Assembly (NCBI GenBank): GCA_030295235.1
Contig: AP026156.1
Location: 62,001 to 126,000, forward strand
Length of the DNA stretch: 64,000 bases
Direction: 5' to 3'
DNA from: Fistulifera solaris
Taxonomy: Eukaryota
The notes beneath the pieces were generated by a model. That model had not been told where the DNA came from and did not search any database. It was given only the letters and a program-made list of their open reading frames with translations. This document shows positions 38,599 through 50,232 of this stretch, one piece after another. Numbering within the stretch: position 1 is the first letter of the stretch; every line of letters begins with the position of its first letter. A program made the position numbers and the translations under genes.

Positions 38599-41439
38599 TC
38601 ACATCTTCGAGGCCGCCGCTTTCAATTCATCCGACATGGCCACGGTTGCCGCTTTTCCACAAATTCGGGCAATTCGTCAAAATTCAAATAACGGTAGGTA
38701 TCCGCGGCCGTGGCGTTGACTTCGCTCATGTAGGCCATGTATTCATCGACGGTGGGCAGCTTGCCTTCAATACTGGCAATCGCCGCGAGTTCGGCACTGG
38801 CCAAGAACACGTTCGCTCCTTGTCCCAAACGGTTGGGGAAGTTTCGGGTACTGGTCGAGACCGTCGTGCAGCCGGGAGCCACGCGAGCTTGATTGCCCAT
38901 GCACAACGAACATCCTGGCATCTCCGTGCGAGCACCGGCCGAGCCATAAATGCTGTAATAACCTTCCTCGATCAATTGCGCTTCGTCCATCTTAGTAGGC
39001 GGCGCCACCCAAAGACGAGTGGGAAGAACCTTTGACTTTTTGACCGCATGAGCGTTCAACAATTTACCCGCCGCACGGAAATGTCCAATGTTGGTCATGC
39101 AAGAACCAATGAACACTTCATCAATGGGTGTTCCGGCCACTTCCGAAAGAAGCGCCGAAGCATCTGGATCGTTCGGCAATGCCAACACGGGTTCTTTCAG
39201 CTCGTTCAAATCAATCTCAATGACTTGAGCATAGCTGGCCTTCTTGTCGGGTTTCATCAAGACCGGGTTGGCGACCCACTTCTCCATGGCTTTGATGCGA
39301 CGCTCCAATGTACGGGCATCGCCGTATCCTTCCGAAATCATCCATTTGAGCATCACAATATTCGAATTGAGGTACTCAATGATGGGTTCTTCGTTCAACT
39401 GAATCGTGCATCCAGCAGCAGAACGCTCGGCCGATGCGTCCGACAGTTCAAAGGCCTGTTCACATTTCAAGTCCGGAAGACCTTCAATTTCCAAAACACG
39501 ACCCGAAAACACATTCTTCTTTCCCTTCTTCTCCGTCGTCAACAGTCCTTGTTTCCAACGCCGTGTACGGAATGGCCTGAACCAAATCACGCAAGGTAAT
39601 GCCCGGTTGCATTTCTCCGTGAAAGCGCACTAGCACCGATTCGGGCATATCCAACGGCATAATGCCGGTCGCGGCCGCGAACGCCACTAAGCCACTTCCC
39701 GCCGGGAAAGAGATACCAATGGGAAAACGCGTGTGCGAATCACCACCGGTTCCGACCGTGTCCGGGAGGAGCATGCGATTCAACCACGAATGAATGATAC
39801 CATCCCCCGGTCGAAGCGAGACACCCCCACGCGTGCGGATGAAATCCGGTAACGTGTGATGGGTCACCACATCGACGGGTTTCGGGTACGCGGCCGTGTG
39901 ACAGAACGACTGCATCACCAAGTCGGCTGAGAATCCCAAACACGCCAAACCCCGCAATTCATCCCGGGTCATCGGTCCCGTCGTATCTTGCGAACCGACA
40001 CTGGTCATGCGGGGCTCACAATATTGTCCAGGGACGACACCTTGGCCTTCGGGCAGTCCACACGCGGCCCCGACCATCTTTTGGGCCAAAGTGAACCCTT
40101 CCACATTGGAATCGGGTTGCACCGGCATGCGAAAGACATCATCCACGGCCGATCCTCGTCCCAATGCCTCACGCGCCTTGGCCGTCAATCCACGTCCAAT
40201 AATGAGAGGAATACGACCTCCGGCCCGCACTTCATCCAACAAAACTTGCGTTTTGAGTTCAAAGGTCGTAATCGTGGCACCCGTCGCATGATTCTTGACG
40301 ACACCTTCGTACGGATACACATCAATGACGTCTCCCATGTGCAAATTGGAAACATCCAACTCAATGGGGAGTGCACCGGAATCTTCCATCGTATTGAAGA
40401 AAATCGGAGCAATCTTTCCGCCCAAACAAAGACTCCCGGTGCGTAGGTTCGGGACGTACGGAATGTCGTCTCCAAAGTACCACAAGACGGAATTGGTCGC
40501 ACTTTTCCGCGACGATCCCGTCCCCACGACATCACCGACGTACGCCAAGGGAAAACCAGTGTCTTGTTGTAATTTGCGAATTTGCGGAATGGGACCAATG
40601 GCACCATCTTGCACAGGTTCGATACCATCCCGGGCATTCTTGAGCATACTGGCCGCATGCAAAGGAATGTCAGGACGACTCCACGCATCTTGGGCCGGAC
40701 TCAAATCATCGGTATTCGTTTCACCCGTCACCTTGAAGACGGTCACGGTATATTTTTCGGGCACGTCGGGTTTGCTCAAAAACCATTCGGCATTCGCCCA
40801 CGACTCCAAGACGGTCGTGGCGGCCTGGCAGCCGCTCTCGTGCAATTCAATGACATCGTGCAAGGCATCAAAGACGAGCAAGGTATGCGACAATTGCTGG
40901 GCGGCCGTGTCGGCGACTTCTTTGTCTTGCAACAATTCAATCAAGGTAGCGACATTGTATCCACCTTGCATGGTCCCCAACCATTCGACGGCTTGTTTAC
41001 GGCTGACGAGAGAACACTGTTCACTGCCTTTCGCAATCGCACTCAACCACGTGGCCTTGACGTACGCGGCTTCATCGACACCGGGTGGAACTCGGTGCAC
41101 CAACAAGTCCAACATTTCTTGTTTTTCGGCTTCGGTGGCGTCCTTGCCTTGCAATTCCTGAATAAGAGTCGAAACTTGTTCGGCCGACAAGGGTTTCGGA
41201 GCAATTCCCAAACCGTTGGCTTCTTTCAAGCGTTCCGCGACATGGGCATGGTATTCCGGAAGTAATACGGAAGCTTCGGAAGGAAACGAACGACAGTAAT
41301 GGCGTGTTTGTTGTTGCAGAGCAGTTTTGGAAGACAAGGCAACAGCACGACGATGGGCCGTCTGCAAATTACGACGGGCGTGACTCGCCAACGTCCACGA
41401 AACGAGACTGCGTCGGACGGCTTGACGGGATAAGAACAT
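38599..41439 (-). CDS. acnB: Bacterial-type aconitate hydratase B with a mitochondrial-type presequence, intronless
   Basis: [111 protein letters not shown] 41439 gives an Arg/Ser-rich leader. One extra base near 39555 and one missing base near 38655. Confidence 0.97.
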
Positions 41440-42039
41440 GTTGATTAGTAAATGAATAGATTTCAAACGCCGTAAGACGAAAGGAATGCTTTTCCTTGTC
41501 AACAAAAAGACGGGTTTGTGTCCTTCGCTTTCTGATTTCGTTTTATGATGCGACGGCAAGGAACGGCGTGATCCGAAAGCGAAAGATCCCTTTGGAGTAT
41601 AGTGCAAAACAGTACACGACAGAACGAACATCGACGCGACAGATGACCGAAAGGATCACCGGTAATCATTTGGACTTTACGAGCGATAGTGTATCAGCGA
41701 AAGAACATCACTGCGACATTTACCTTTCTTCCGCAAAAGAACTTCCGCGCGGCCATCAAAAATCGGAAGGCAAAAATGCGCAACGTACGACGTACAAGCG
41801 ATTAATCAGTCACGAGAAAGTTGCCTATTGCTCTCCAACCATAGTCTAGTAAGTGATTAGCAAACACAAACTGATAGGAATACGACGCTGTGTGTCTCTA
41901 GATGTAGCATGACCAACAGCAGGTAAGAGTAAAACATTTTAGATGAAAAAAGTCACATCTAGCAACGTTTAGAGAAAAGACGGACACATTCTAAACTATA
42001 AGGATCCCAATCGCTTTCCATTCATTCCTACGAATGAAT

Positions 42040-42916
42040 TTAACGGTATCTATTGAAACAACAAACAGGGTAAGACTCACAGACACTTCACCAAAACGAC
42101 AACACTGCAACAAAGACACTTACAGTCCGTTGTTGATGCGATCAATGACGTAATCCGCACTGGGCTCTAGAGCCGTGAAACGACTTTCGTACTTTTTGAT
42201 CAATTCCTTCTCTTTGCCCGACAAGCCGGGAATGTTGTACAAGTCCGCTACGGACTTGTACGGTCCATTGGTGGCAATCTTTCCGGCGACCGTCGGGTAC
42301 AGACCGGGCATCTTGAGGTAGACACGGACATTGGCATTGTTGACATCGACAATTTCACTGCCACCCAAGTATCCAACATTGTCGTAATCACGAACGGCGT
42401 TGGCGGCCATGGGAGCGGCCAGAGCGGCGGCACCCGCCAAGGCCGACAAGAACTCGCGGCGTTCGGCTTGCAAGGCGACCGACGCGCGTTCGGCGCTGGG
42501 AGTCACAAACGCAGCGGCGGTGCTGTAATATTGAAGCAGAAAAGAAAAGAGAAGGTGAGAAAACAGGTGTGTTGATGTGATACAACATCTATGAAGAGAA
42601 ACAACAACTTCCGGTAGTCGAGATGTGTTGCGGATACTCTGTCGTGTGTAGTCGTTCTTACAGTCCTTGCGCCATTTTTTTCTCAGAAACGGGCCGTAAT
42701 TCATCAAACAAATTTATTATAATAACGCATGAATTGAAGATTGTCAAACGTATCGTTATTGACGGTGCTATTTGCCTCCGAAATGACTATCTTCCCGTCG
42801 AGCGGCGCAACCACTCGCGTTTTACCCGCCGTTCGCGCACGACTTGACCAAAAAACAAAAAATAACTACAGAATTCCCACTTACGTGAAAAGAGCGGCAA
42901 AGAGAGCGAGCTTCAT
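42040..42916 (-). CDS. psbU: Photosystem II 12-kDa extrinsic protein PsbU, three exons
   Basis: Exons 42885-42916, 42124-42522 and 42040-42049 give MKLALFAALFTTAAA-FVTPS...VDVNNANVRVYLKMPGLYPTVAGKI..NGPY...DRINNGLYR*. Bipartite leader plus an RR/AxA thylakoid signal. Confidence 0.96.
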
Positions 42917-43351
42917 GGTCAAAGTATCGTTCGGGGTATTGATTGTTGTTGTTGTTGTTGATGCTCTGCAGCGATCTCTTCGTTAGTGACGTGCTTCAAC
43001 TCACGCGTTGCTTGTCGTAGACTTTGTACCTTTGGTTGAGGGTGTATCTTTTCTCGATGAACGAACGTCGCGCGATCCTGCGCGTCATGGAGGGACGACG
43101 TGCAGACGTAGAGTCGTACCGGTAATGATTACTCACCGGTATTATACACTCATCAAAACTGTAGATTACTATTCTGTCAAAAGTCCAATCAATCCAATCA
43201 TCGTCCGCGCGACGAAACCACAAACGCAAAACATTTTCTGCGAAACAAAAAATAAATGTTCCAAATGGCAGAATTCGATGCGCCTCTTGTCATACTATTC
43301 GACCCAACCATCTACTAATGTTGTCTTTCTTCATGACATAATTTCACGCAA

Positions 43352-46300
43352 ATGGCGTTCCATTCACCCTTGCTACTACTCGATGATGACTCCTCATCAC
43401 GATGGCTCGGAGACATCAATTCAACAACAACGAATAATAGCACCAAGGCCATTCTCCAAGACTCGGCCATTTTGAGGGGATATGGGGGTCGTTTACGGAT
43501 CCTTACTCGTTGTTGTGTTTGTTATCTTTGTTATGTTCGCCTTTCATTTCCACGACCGTATACCATTCGGAAATGGCAGGAGGAATTAAAGGTACGTTTA
43601 AGTTGCCTCATTTCTTTACAAACAATTGTAATATTCATTACTTTTTCTCGCTTCAACAGAGTCCGTTGGCACAAAATCAATTTGGATTCCTTTCGTGGAT
43701 ATGGATGCTCTTTCGATTCGAGGATGACGAATTGGCCGAACATTGTGGTCTCGATGCGGTGTGTTTTCTGCGGACACTGGCCATGGGCAAGAAATTGTGT
43801 ATGGTCGGCATGTTCAATGCTGTGTGGTTGATTCCGATTTATGCGACGGCCGAGTCGTCGCCCGAAACCGATAAAATCACGGATTGGGTCGTTCGCATTA
43901 CCGTATCGCATGTTCCGCCGGGATCGGCGCGGTTGGTGGCAACCGTCGTGGCGGCCTATGTGGCCTTTGGGTATACCATGTATTTGATTGTACAAGAGTT
44001 CGAGTGGTTTATCGGTACGAATCGAATGTGTGCACACGAACAATTGTAGTCCAATTTCTCACAGCAGCTGGACAGGGATGCGTCACAAATTCCTTCGCAA
44101 GCCGAGACCCCGCAATTACACGTAAGTTCGTTGTGAGCGGCACGCAGAGCGAACCGCTGCCGTTTGTCTCATTCGTTCTACCGCAGAGTCTACGTCAGCA
44201 ATATTCCACCCGAGATACGATCCAATCAAAAATTGGAATCGTTCTTTCGTCACTGTTTCAATGGAGATCCGGTCGTGGACGCCCGTATCCGTGTGGTCGC
44301 GAACAAATTGTCCGCTTTAGTAAACAAACGAGATCATGTGATCGCCCAGCTGGAACATGCCTTGGCGGTGGAAGACAAAACCGGAACGGCACCCACGCGC
44401 AACACGGGCCTCGTGGGAGGTATCCCCGGAGTAGGTAGCGCGGCGGGGGCGATTCCGGTTCTGGGTAGCGCCGTTGCGGGAGAGCGTGTGAATTCGATTG
44501 AATGTGAGTCGTGGTGCATGTGAAAGAATGTTTGCAAACGTTGACTCAATTGATGTATGATTGCTGCGAATCATCCAGTCTTCTCCCGTGAGCTTGCGGA
44601 ATTGAATGCGGATATCTCCAATCGGATATTGCTGGTGGAGACTATGCTGAGTGAAACTGCAGCAACGGAATCGTTGGAAGAATTCAATCCTTCGTCAAAG
44701 CGATCGCGAGGACCGTTTGATACCGAAGAGCACGGAACAGAATCGGCCGATTCAATCAATCCAGAGACACGGGCCGAAGAAAAGATGGAAAGCGATTCCC
44801 TTCCGCACACAAGTTTCGACCCACTATCTCGACCGGAGGAACCGGAGGAAGAACAATTAACAGAAAATCGATCTTACTCTCAAAAGACATCAAACAATAG
44901 TTCGCTTCATGGTACATCTGCTCACTCAGTTCCCAATGACAGTTCGAGAAGTGCCATGTCATTAGCTTCCGGCGCTACGAAAAAGGCCACAAAAGCGGTC
45001 GGTACAGTTATCGGTAATGCGAAAGGCGCTTCCAAGCTCGCCACACACGCCGTCGGATCAGCTGTAAAAATGGTTGCCGGTGCTAGGGATTATGAGCACT
45101 ACCACGGAGGCTTCGTCTCCTTCCGGACACTCAGTTTAAAGTACGCAGCATTGCAGATGCTCCACCACGGGACCCCGTCCTTCATGACTGTTTTTGAAGC
45201 TCCGGATCCTCAAGATGTGTTTTGGGCAAATGTAGGACGTGAATACAAGGAGCTTCAACTGGGGCAGTTACTAAGTCGCTCGGCTTCGGTTGCTATTTGT
45301 TTTCTTTGGACTTTCCCAATGACTATCATTGCCTCGCTCTCCACAGTGGAGGGTCTGAAAAGGCAGTTTGATATTGTCGAGGATGCAATTGAAGCATTCC
45401 CAGCATTGGAGCCCATCCTTCAGCAACTTGCTCCCTTGTTGATTGTCTTGTCAAACGTTATGTAAGTACAGGTCCTTCTTGCCGATGTCTTTTTGTAACT
45501 TGTATCTGATATCGTGATGCAGCTTGCGGCAAATATTAAAAGCTCTCTCGATGTGGGAAGGGCCCGTTTCAGGATCTGTTGTTGAGGCGTTGACTTTCAC
45601 CAAGCTCGCCACCTTTATGATCATTCAGACATTCTTTGTGACAGCTATTTCGGGATCTCTATTGGAAGAGATCAAGCAAATTGCAGAAGATCCGCTGTCC
45701 ATTGTCGACCATCTCGCTAGAACACTTCCCGCACAATCTACATTCTTCATTCAGCTTGCCTTTGTCGGTACCGTGACCGACCTTGCCTTTGAAAACATCC
45801 GTATTATTCCGCTTATACAGGCATACTTGCGGAAATTTGTGGGACCGCGCGTAACAGACAAGGAACGAAGCAGAACTTTCCTTGGCCTCCGGCCTTTGTC
45901 CGATCCCTTGTATTTCCAGTTTTCATTGAACATGTCACAGTTCTCGATTTTATACTTTATGATTGTTATGGTAAGCGTCGCGACCGCTGCCTCTGCTGGT
46001 TCCCAAAACAATTCTCTTACTGCTCTTGCTTGCAGGTTTACCAGACCATAGCACCATTGACCTGCTTTTTTTTTGTGCTTTTGTTTCATCGTGCTGCGAC
46101 CTGCTTTCCTTCATCAATTCGTTTACATATACCCTACCCTTCCCGACAGCGGCGGGAAAATATGGATCCGATTTATTCGAATCATTCAGATTTGTATGAT
46201 TGTGGCGCAGATAACATTGGTGGGACTCATGGGGCTGAAGAAAGCCGGAATTGCGACTCCTCTCATGGCTCGTAAGTGTTTCATGTGGAACGTACACCGG

Positions 46301-46607
46301 GCAATGGTTTACGTTTCTAACTTCGAAATATTTTCATTTTCGTCCCCCAGCTCTCATTATATTCACGGTCCTGTTTAACGCATACTTACGACAAGAGCAC
46401 TTCCGAGTTGCAGAATACCTTCCGACAAAAGAGTGTCTGAAAGTCGATCTCCGTAATGGTGATAACTTTGCCGTTTCGCTGGTCCAGGGTGCCTACTTGC
46501 AACCGGAGCTCCGCGAAAAGGAGTTGTTTCCTGAAAATGTCGACCATCGTCGCTTGGTCGCATTTGGCTTGAAACAGAACCAAGGGGAGTCCTCGTCGTT
46601 CGTATAA
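43352..46607 (+). CDS. CSC1: OSCA/CSC1/TMEM63 mechanosensitive channel, paralog C
   Basis: Same motifs as paralog B. Donors at 43592, 44014, 44122, 45462, 45971 and 46272; mini-exon MRHKFLRKPRPRNYT. Confidence 0.92.
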
Positions 46608-46905
46608 TACACTGGATATTCAGCTGGACGTATTTGTACTTGTTTTGTATCGGATGCAAAATTTGGAGCTCAACTCACTCAGCTTCATATCGAAGATACG
46701 CGTGAACCCTGATCCAAATGGTTCTTTTTGAAAGGGACTCACATTTTGCGAACCCCCTAATGAGAAACGTGACCTTATGTTGTTCACAAAATGTTGGTGC
46801 GGCACCACTCGCGAACGTCTTGACTCTCTACGATCGCAATTTCGCTCTTAGAAATCAATCACCCCGAGGAGCTTGAAGCAACGTTGGTTAATAGGCTTTG
46901 AAACG

Positions 46906-49900
46906 ATGGCACAGAGTATCAACGAACCAGATGCCTTTCAGCGTACTTACCGAGATGCTTCTGTTCTCCGTGACATGGCAACTATTTACGGATCGTTGCT
47001 TGTCGTTGCATTCTTTTGTTCTGCATTGTGCGCATTTCGTTTCCACACCCATACACGATTCGTCGATGGACGGACAATGAAGACCTTAAGGTATGCCTTT
47101 TTTGGTCGTGACTTCTTTTTGCCTGCAATAGGTACTCGCACCGTACTTACTTGATGCTTTATTCCGCGCGAAGAATTCTCTTGCGGAAAATCAGTTTGGG
47201 CGCTTTTCCTGGATTTGGATGCTGTTTACGTTTAGTGATGACGAAATAGCAGAAGCGTGTGGCCTTGATGCTCTGTGCTTTCTCAGGACGCTTTGGATGG
47301 GAAAGAAAGTCTGCCTTTTGGGAATGTTGAACTCTCTATGGTTGATTCCTGTTTATGCAACATCCGAATCTTCTCCGGAGACGGACAAGGTCACAGACTG
47401 GGTCGTCCGTATCACAGTGTCTCATGTTTCTCCCGGATCTCCACGACTTATAGCTACCGTATTGTCTGCTTATATCTGTTTTGGATACATAATGTATTTA
47501 ATTGTGCAAGAATTTGAGTGGTTCACAGGTAAGAGTGATGAAACAACGGGGAGATTGAATTGAGACGATAAGTTGGCTAGCGAGCAAAGGGTGAGCGTCT
47601 TACCACATTTGCGTTTCTTTTTTTTTCAGCTATGCGTCACAAATTTCTTCGAAAACCGAGGCCGTCTAGCTACACGTGAGTTGGTTGGCTATGTATGAAG
47701 CAAGCCTTTTCATGTATCCGCTCACTTGTTGTTGTTCCTTCCATCTTGTCTCTCATAACAGGGTATACGTTAGCAACATCCCAGCAGAACTACGATCTAA
47801 CGACAAACTCGAAGAATTTTTCGGTCACTGCTTTAGTGGGAATCCAGTTGTTGATGTGAAAGTTCGAGTAATTGCTAATAAGCTATCTGATCTTGTGACA
47901 AAACGTGCGCAAACGGTAATAGCATTGGAAAATGCGCTAGCAATCAAGGAATCAAGCGGAAGTTCACCTACACGTACAACCGGTTCAATTGGTAATATTC
48001 CTGGAGTCGGAACTGCTGTAGCAGCTATCCCTATGGTTGGTAATGCGATTGTGGGTGAGCGACTGGACGCAATTGAAGGTAAACTTACTTTATTGTTACG
48101 CCAGCTCGACTTTTGATGTTAAAACTGACTCGTTGGTTGCATAGTCCTATCGCACGAGCTTGGTTGTCTCAACGCTGAAATTTCACATCGTATTTCTACA
48201 ATGGAGAGCATCATCTTTCGGCACGCACCGAGAGAATTCTTATCACAACCTATTTCATCGACGAGGAGCGGTCAGGGAGAATTTGAGGGCTACCGAGTCT
48301 GACAAATTGCTTTCCCAACAAAACGGAAGATCACCGGATCGCCTTTATTCTGAAGAGACAACGGGTGGAGACGTGCTTTCTCATACATCAGGGCACTCAA
48401 TGCAACCCGATGGACCGGAGAGACCTAAGGCGTTAGGCGTTTCCAATAAAGCCGCTAGCGCTGTTGGATGCGTAATTGAAAGCGCGAAAGGTGCATCTGA
48501 ACTAGCCAGCCATGCTGTTAGATCAGCTGGAAATATGATAGGAGTAGTAGCCGCAGGTCGCGATGGCGAGTACTACAATGGCGGGTTTGTGTCCTTTAGG
48601 ACGCTAAGTTTGAAGTATGCCGCATTGCAGATGCTCCACCACGATATTCCTTTCGTAATGTCGGTCTCTGAGGCTCCTGGCCCTCAAGACGTGTTTTGGA
48701 CAAACGTTGGACGCGAACATGAAGACCTTCAACTTGGGAGACTCTTTAGCCGCACAGCTTCTGTTGCTATTTGCTTTCTTTGGACAATTCCAATCGCATT
48801 CATTGCGTCGCTATCTAGTGTGGAGTCCTTGAAAAGGCAATTCGAATTTGTTGAGAAAGCAATTGACGAATTTCCAGCTTTGGAACCCATTCTTCAGCAG
48901 CTGGCTCCGCTACTTCTTCTTCTGTCAAACGTTATGTAAGTTGATAGTCGATCTTCGATCCTATGTCGATCCTGTGCCTGACCCCTTCTGTAGTCTTCGA
49001 CAGATTTTACGCGCACTTTCAATGTGGGAGGGACCTGTATCGGGTTCCATAGTCGAGGCATCAACGTTTACCAAGCTGGCCGCATTTCTGATAATTCAAA
49101 CCTTTTTCGTGTCTGCCATCTCCGGATCTCTGTTTAAAGAAATTAAGAAAATAATTGAAGATCCGTTGTCGACCATTGATCTTCTCGCCAACAGTCTTCC
49201 TGCACAATCCACATTCTTTATTCAGCTCGCCTTCGTCAGCACAGCAACTGGTCTCGTTTTCGAAACTCTGCGCATTGTTCCGCTGATACAAGCGTATCTG
49301 CGAAAGCTCTTGGGGCCACGTTCAACTGAAAAGCAGCGCCAGAAACCATTTCTTGGTCTTCGTCCTCTGTCGAATCCATCGCATTTTCAATATTCCTTGA
49401 ATGTGGCTCAATTCTCTATCTTGAACTTTATGATTGTGATGGTGAGTTTCATGATCAAATCTCTTTGAAGATGCCTAATCGGAAACATAACAATCTTACC
49501 ATTCTATCTCGAATATACGCAGGTGTACCAGGTAATAGCACCGTTAACATGCTTCTTCCTGTGCTTCTGTTTCATTCTATTGCGACCGGCCTTTCTGCAT
49601 CAGTTTATGTACATCTATCCTTCGCTCCCAGACAGCGGCGGAAAGATTTGGATCCGTTTTATTCGGATTATCCAGATTTGTATGATAGTGGCGCAACTCA
49701 CATTGGTGGGGCTCATGGGATTGAAAAAAGCCGGAATTGCGACACCACTCTTGGCTCGTAAGTGTTGTTTAAAACATACACACCGCAATGGTCTCCCCTT
49801 TCTAACGTTGGATTATTTGTCTATCGCTTGCAGCTCTCCTCATAATCACGATCTTGTTCAACGCATACTTACGGCAAGAGCATTTTCGAGTTGCCGAGTA

Positions 49901-50093
49901 TCTTCCCACGAAAGAGTGTCTTAAGGTCGATCTTCGCAATGGTGATGAGAACTTTGCCCTCTCGCTGGTCCAGGGTGCATATCTGCAACCGGAGCTCCGT
50001 GAAAAGGAGTTGTTTCCTGAGAATGCCGACGATCGTCGTTTGGTGTCGCTCGGCCTGAAACCAAACGATGAAGAGTCGTTAACGAACCTTTGA
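46906..50093 (+). CDS. CSC1: OSCA/CSC1/TMEM63 mechanosensitive channel, paralog D
   Basis: CGLDALCFLR, VYVSNIP, APGPQDVFWTNV, LANSLPAQSTFF, HQFMYIYPSLPDSGGKIW, AYLQPEL. Intron positions match paralog C. Confidence 0.9.
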
Positions 50094-50232
50094 GTGCTGC
50101 TTTGCTCGCCCAATAATTGTGTAAATAAAAAGTGGATATGCTTTGTCAAGATTATTTGTACTGTATTGCTTTTAGGAGTATTTGTTGCAACCCGGCCAAT
50201 ACGAGCAAAACCTCCCAATTGTTTACGCACAA

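Noticed and set aside
38599..41439. acnB as bacterial contamination
   Set aside because: It has a eukaryotic presequence and is contiguous with intron-containing psbU and with GT90.
42680..42710. Box C/D snoRNA in psbU intron 1 (TGATGA...CTGA on the minus strand)
   Set aside because: The boxes are only about 14 nt apart, too short for a snoRNA, and I recognised no rRNA complementarity.
28642..50093. OSCA copies as assembly duplicates or pseudogenes
   Set aside because: Exons are diverged, introns are unalignable, splice sites and motifs are intact, and the damage is single-base indels only.
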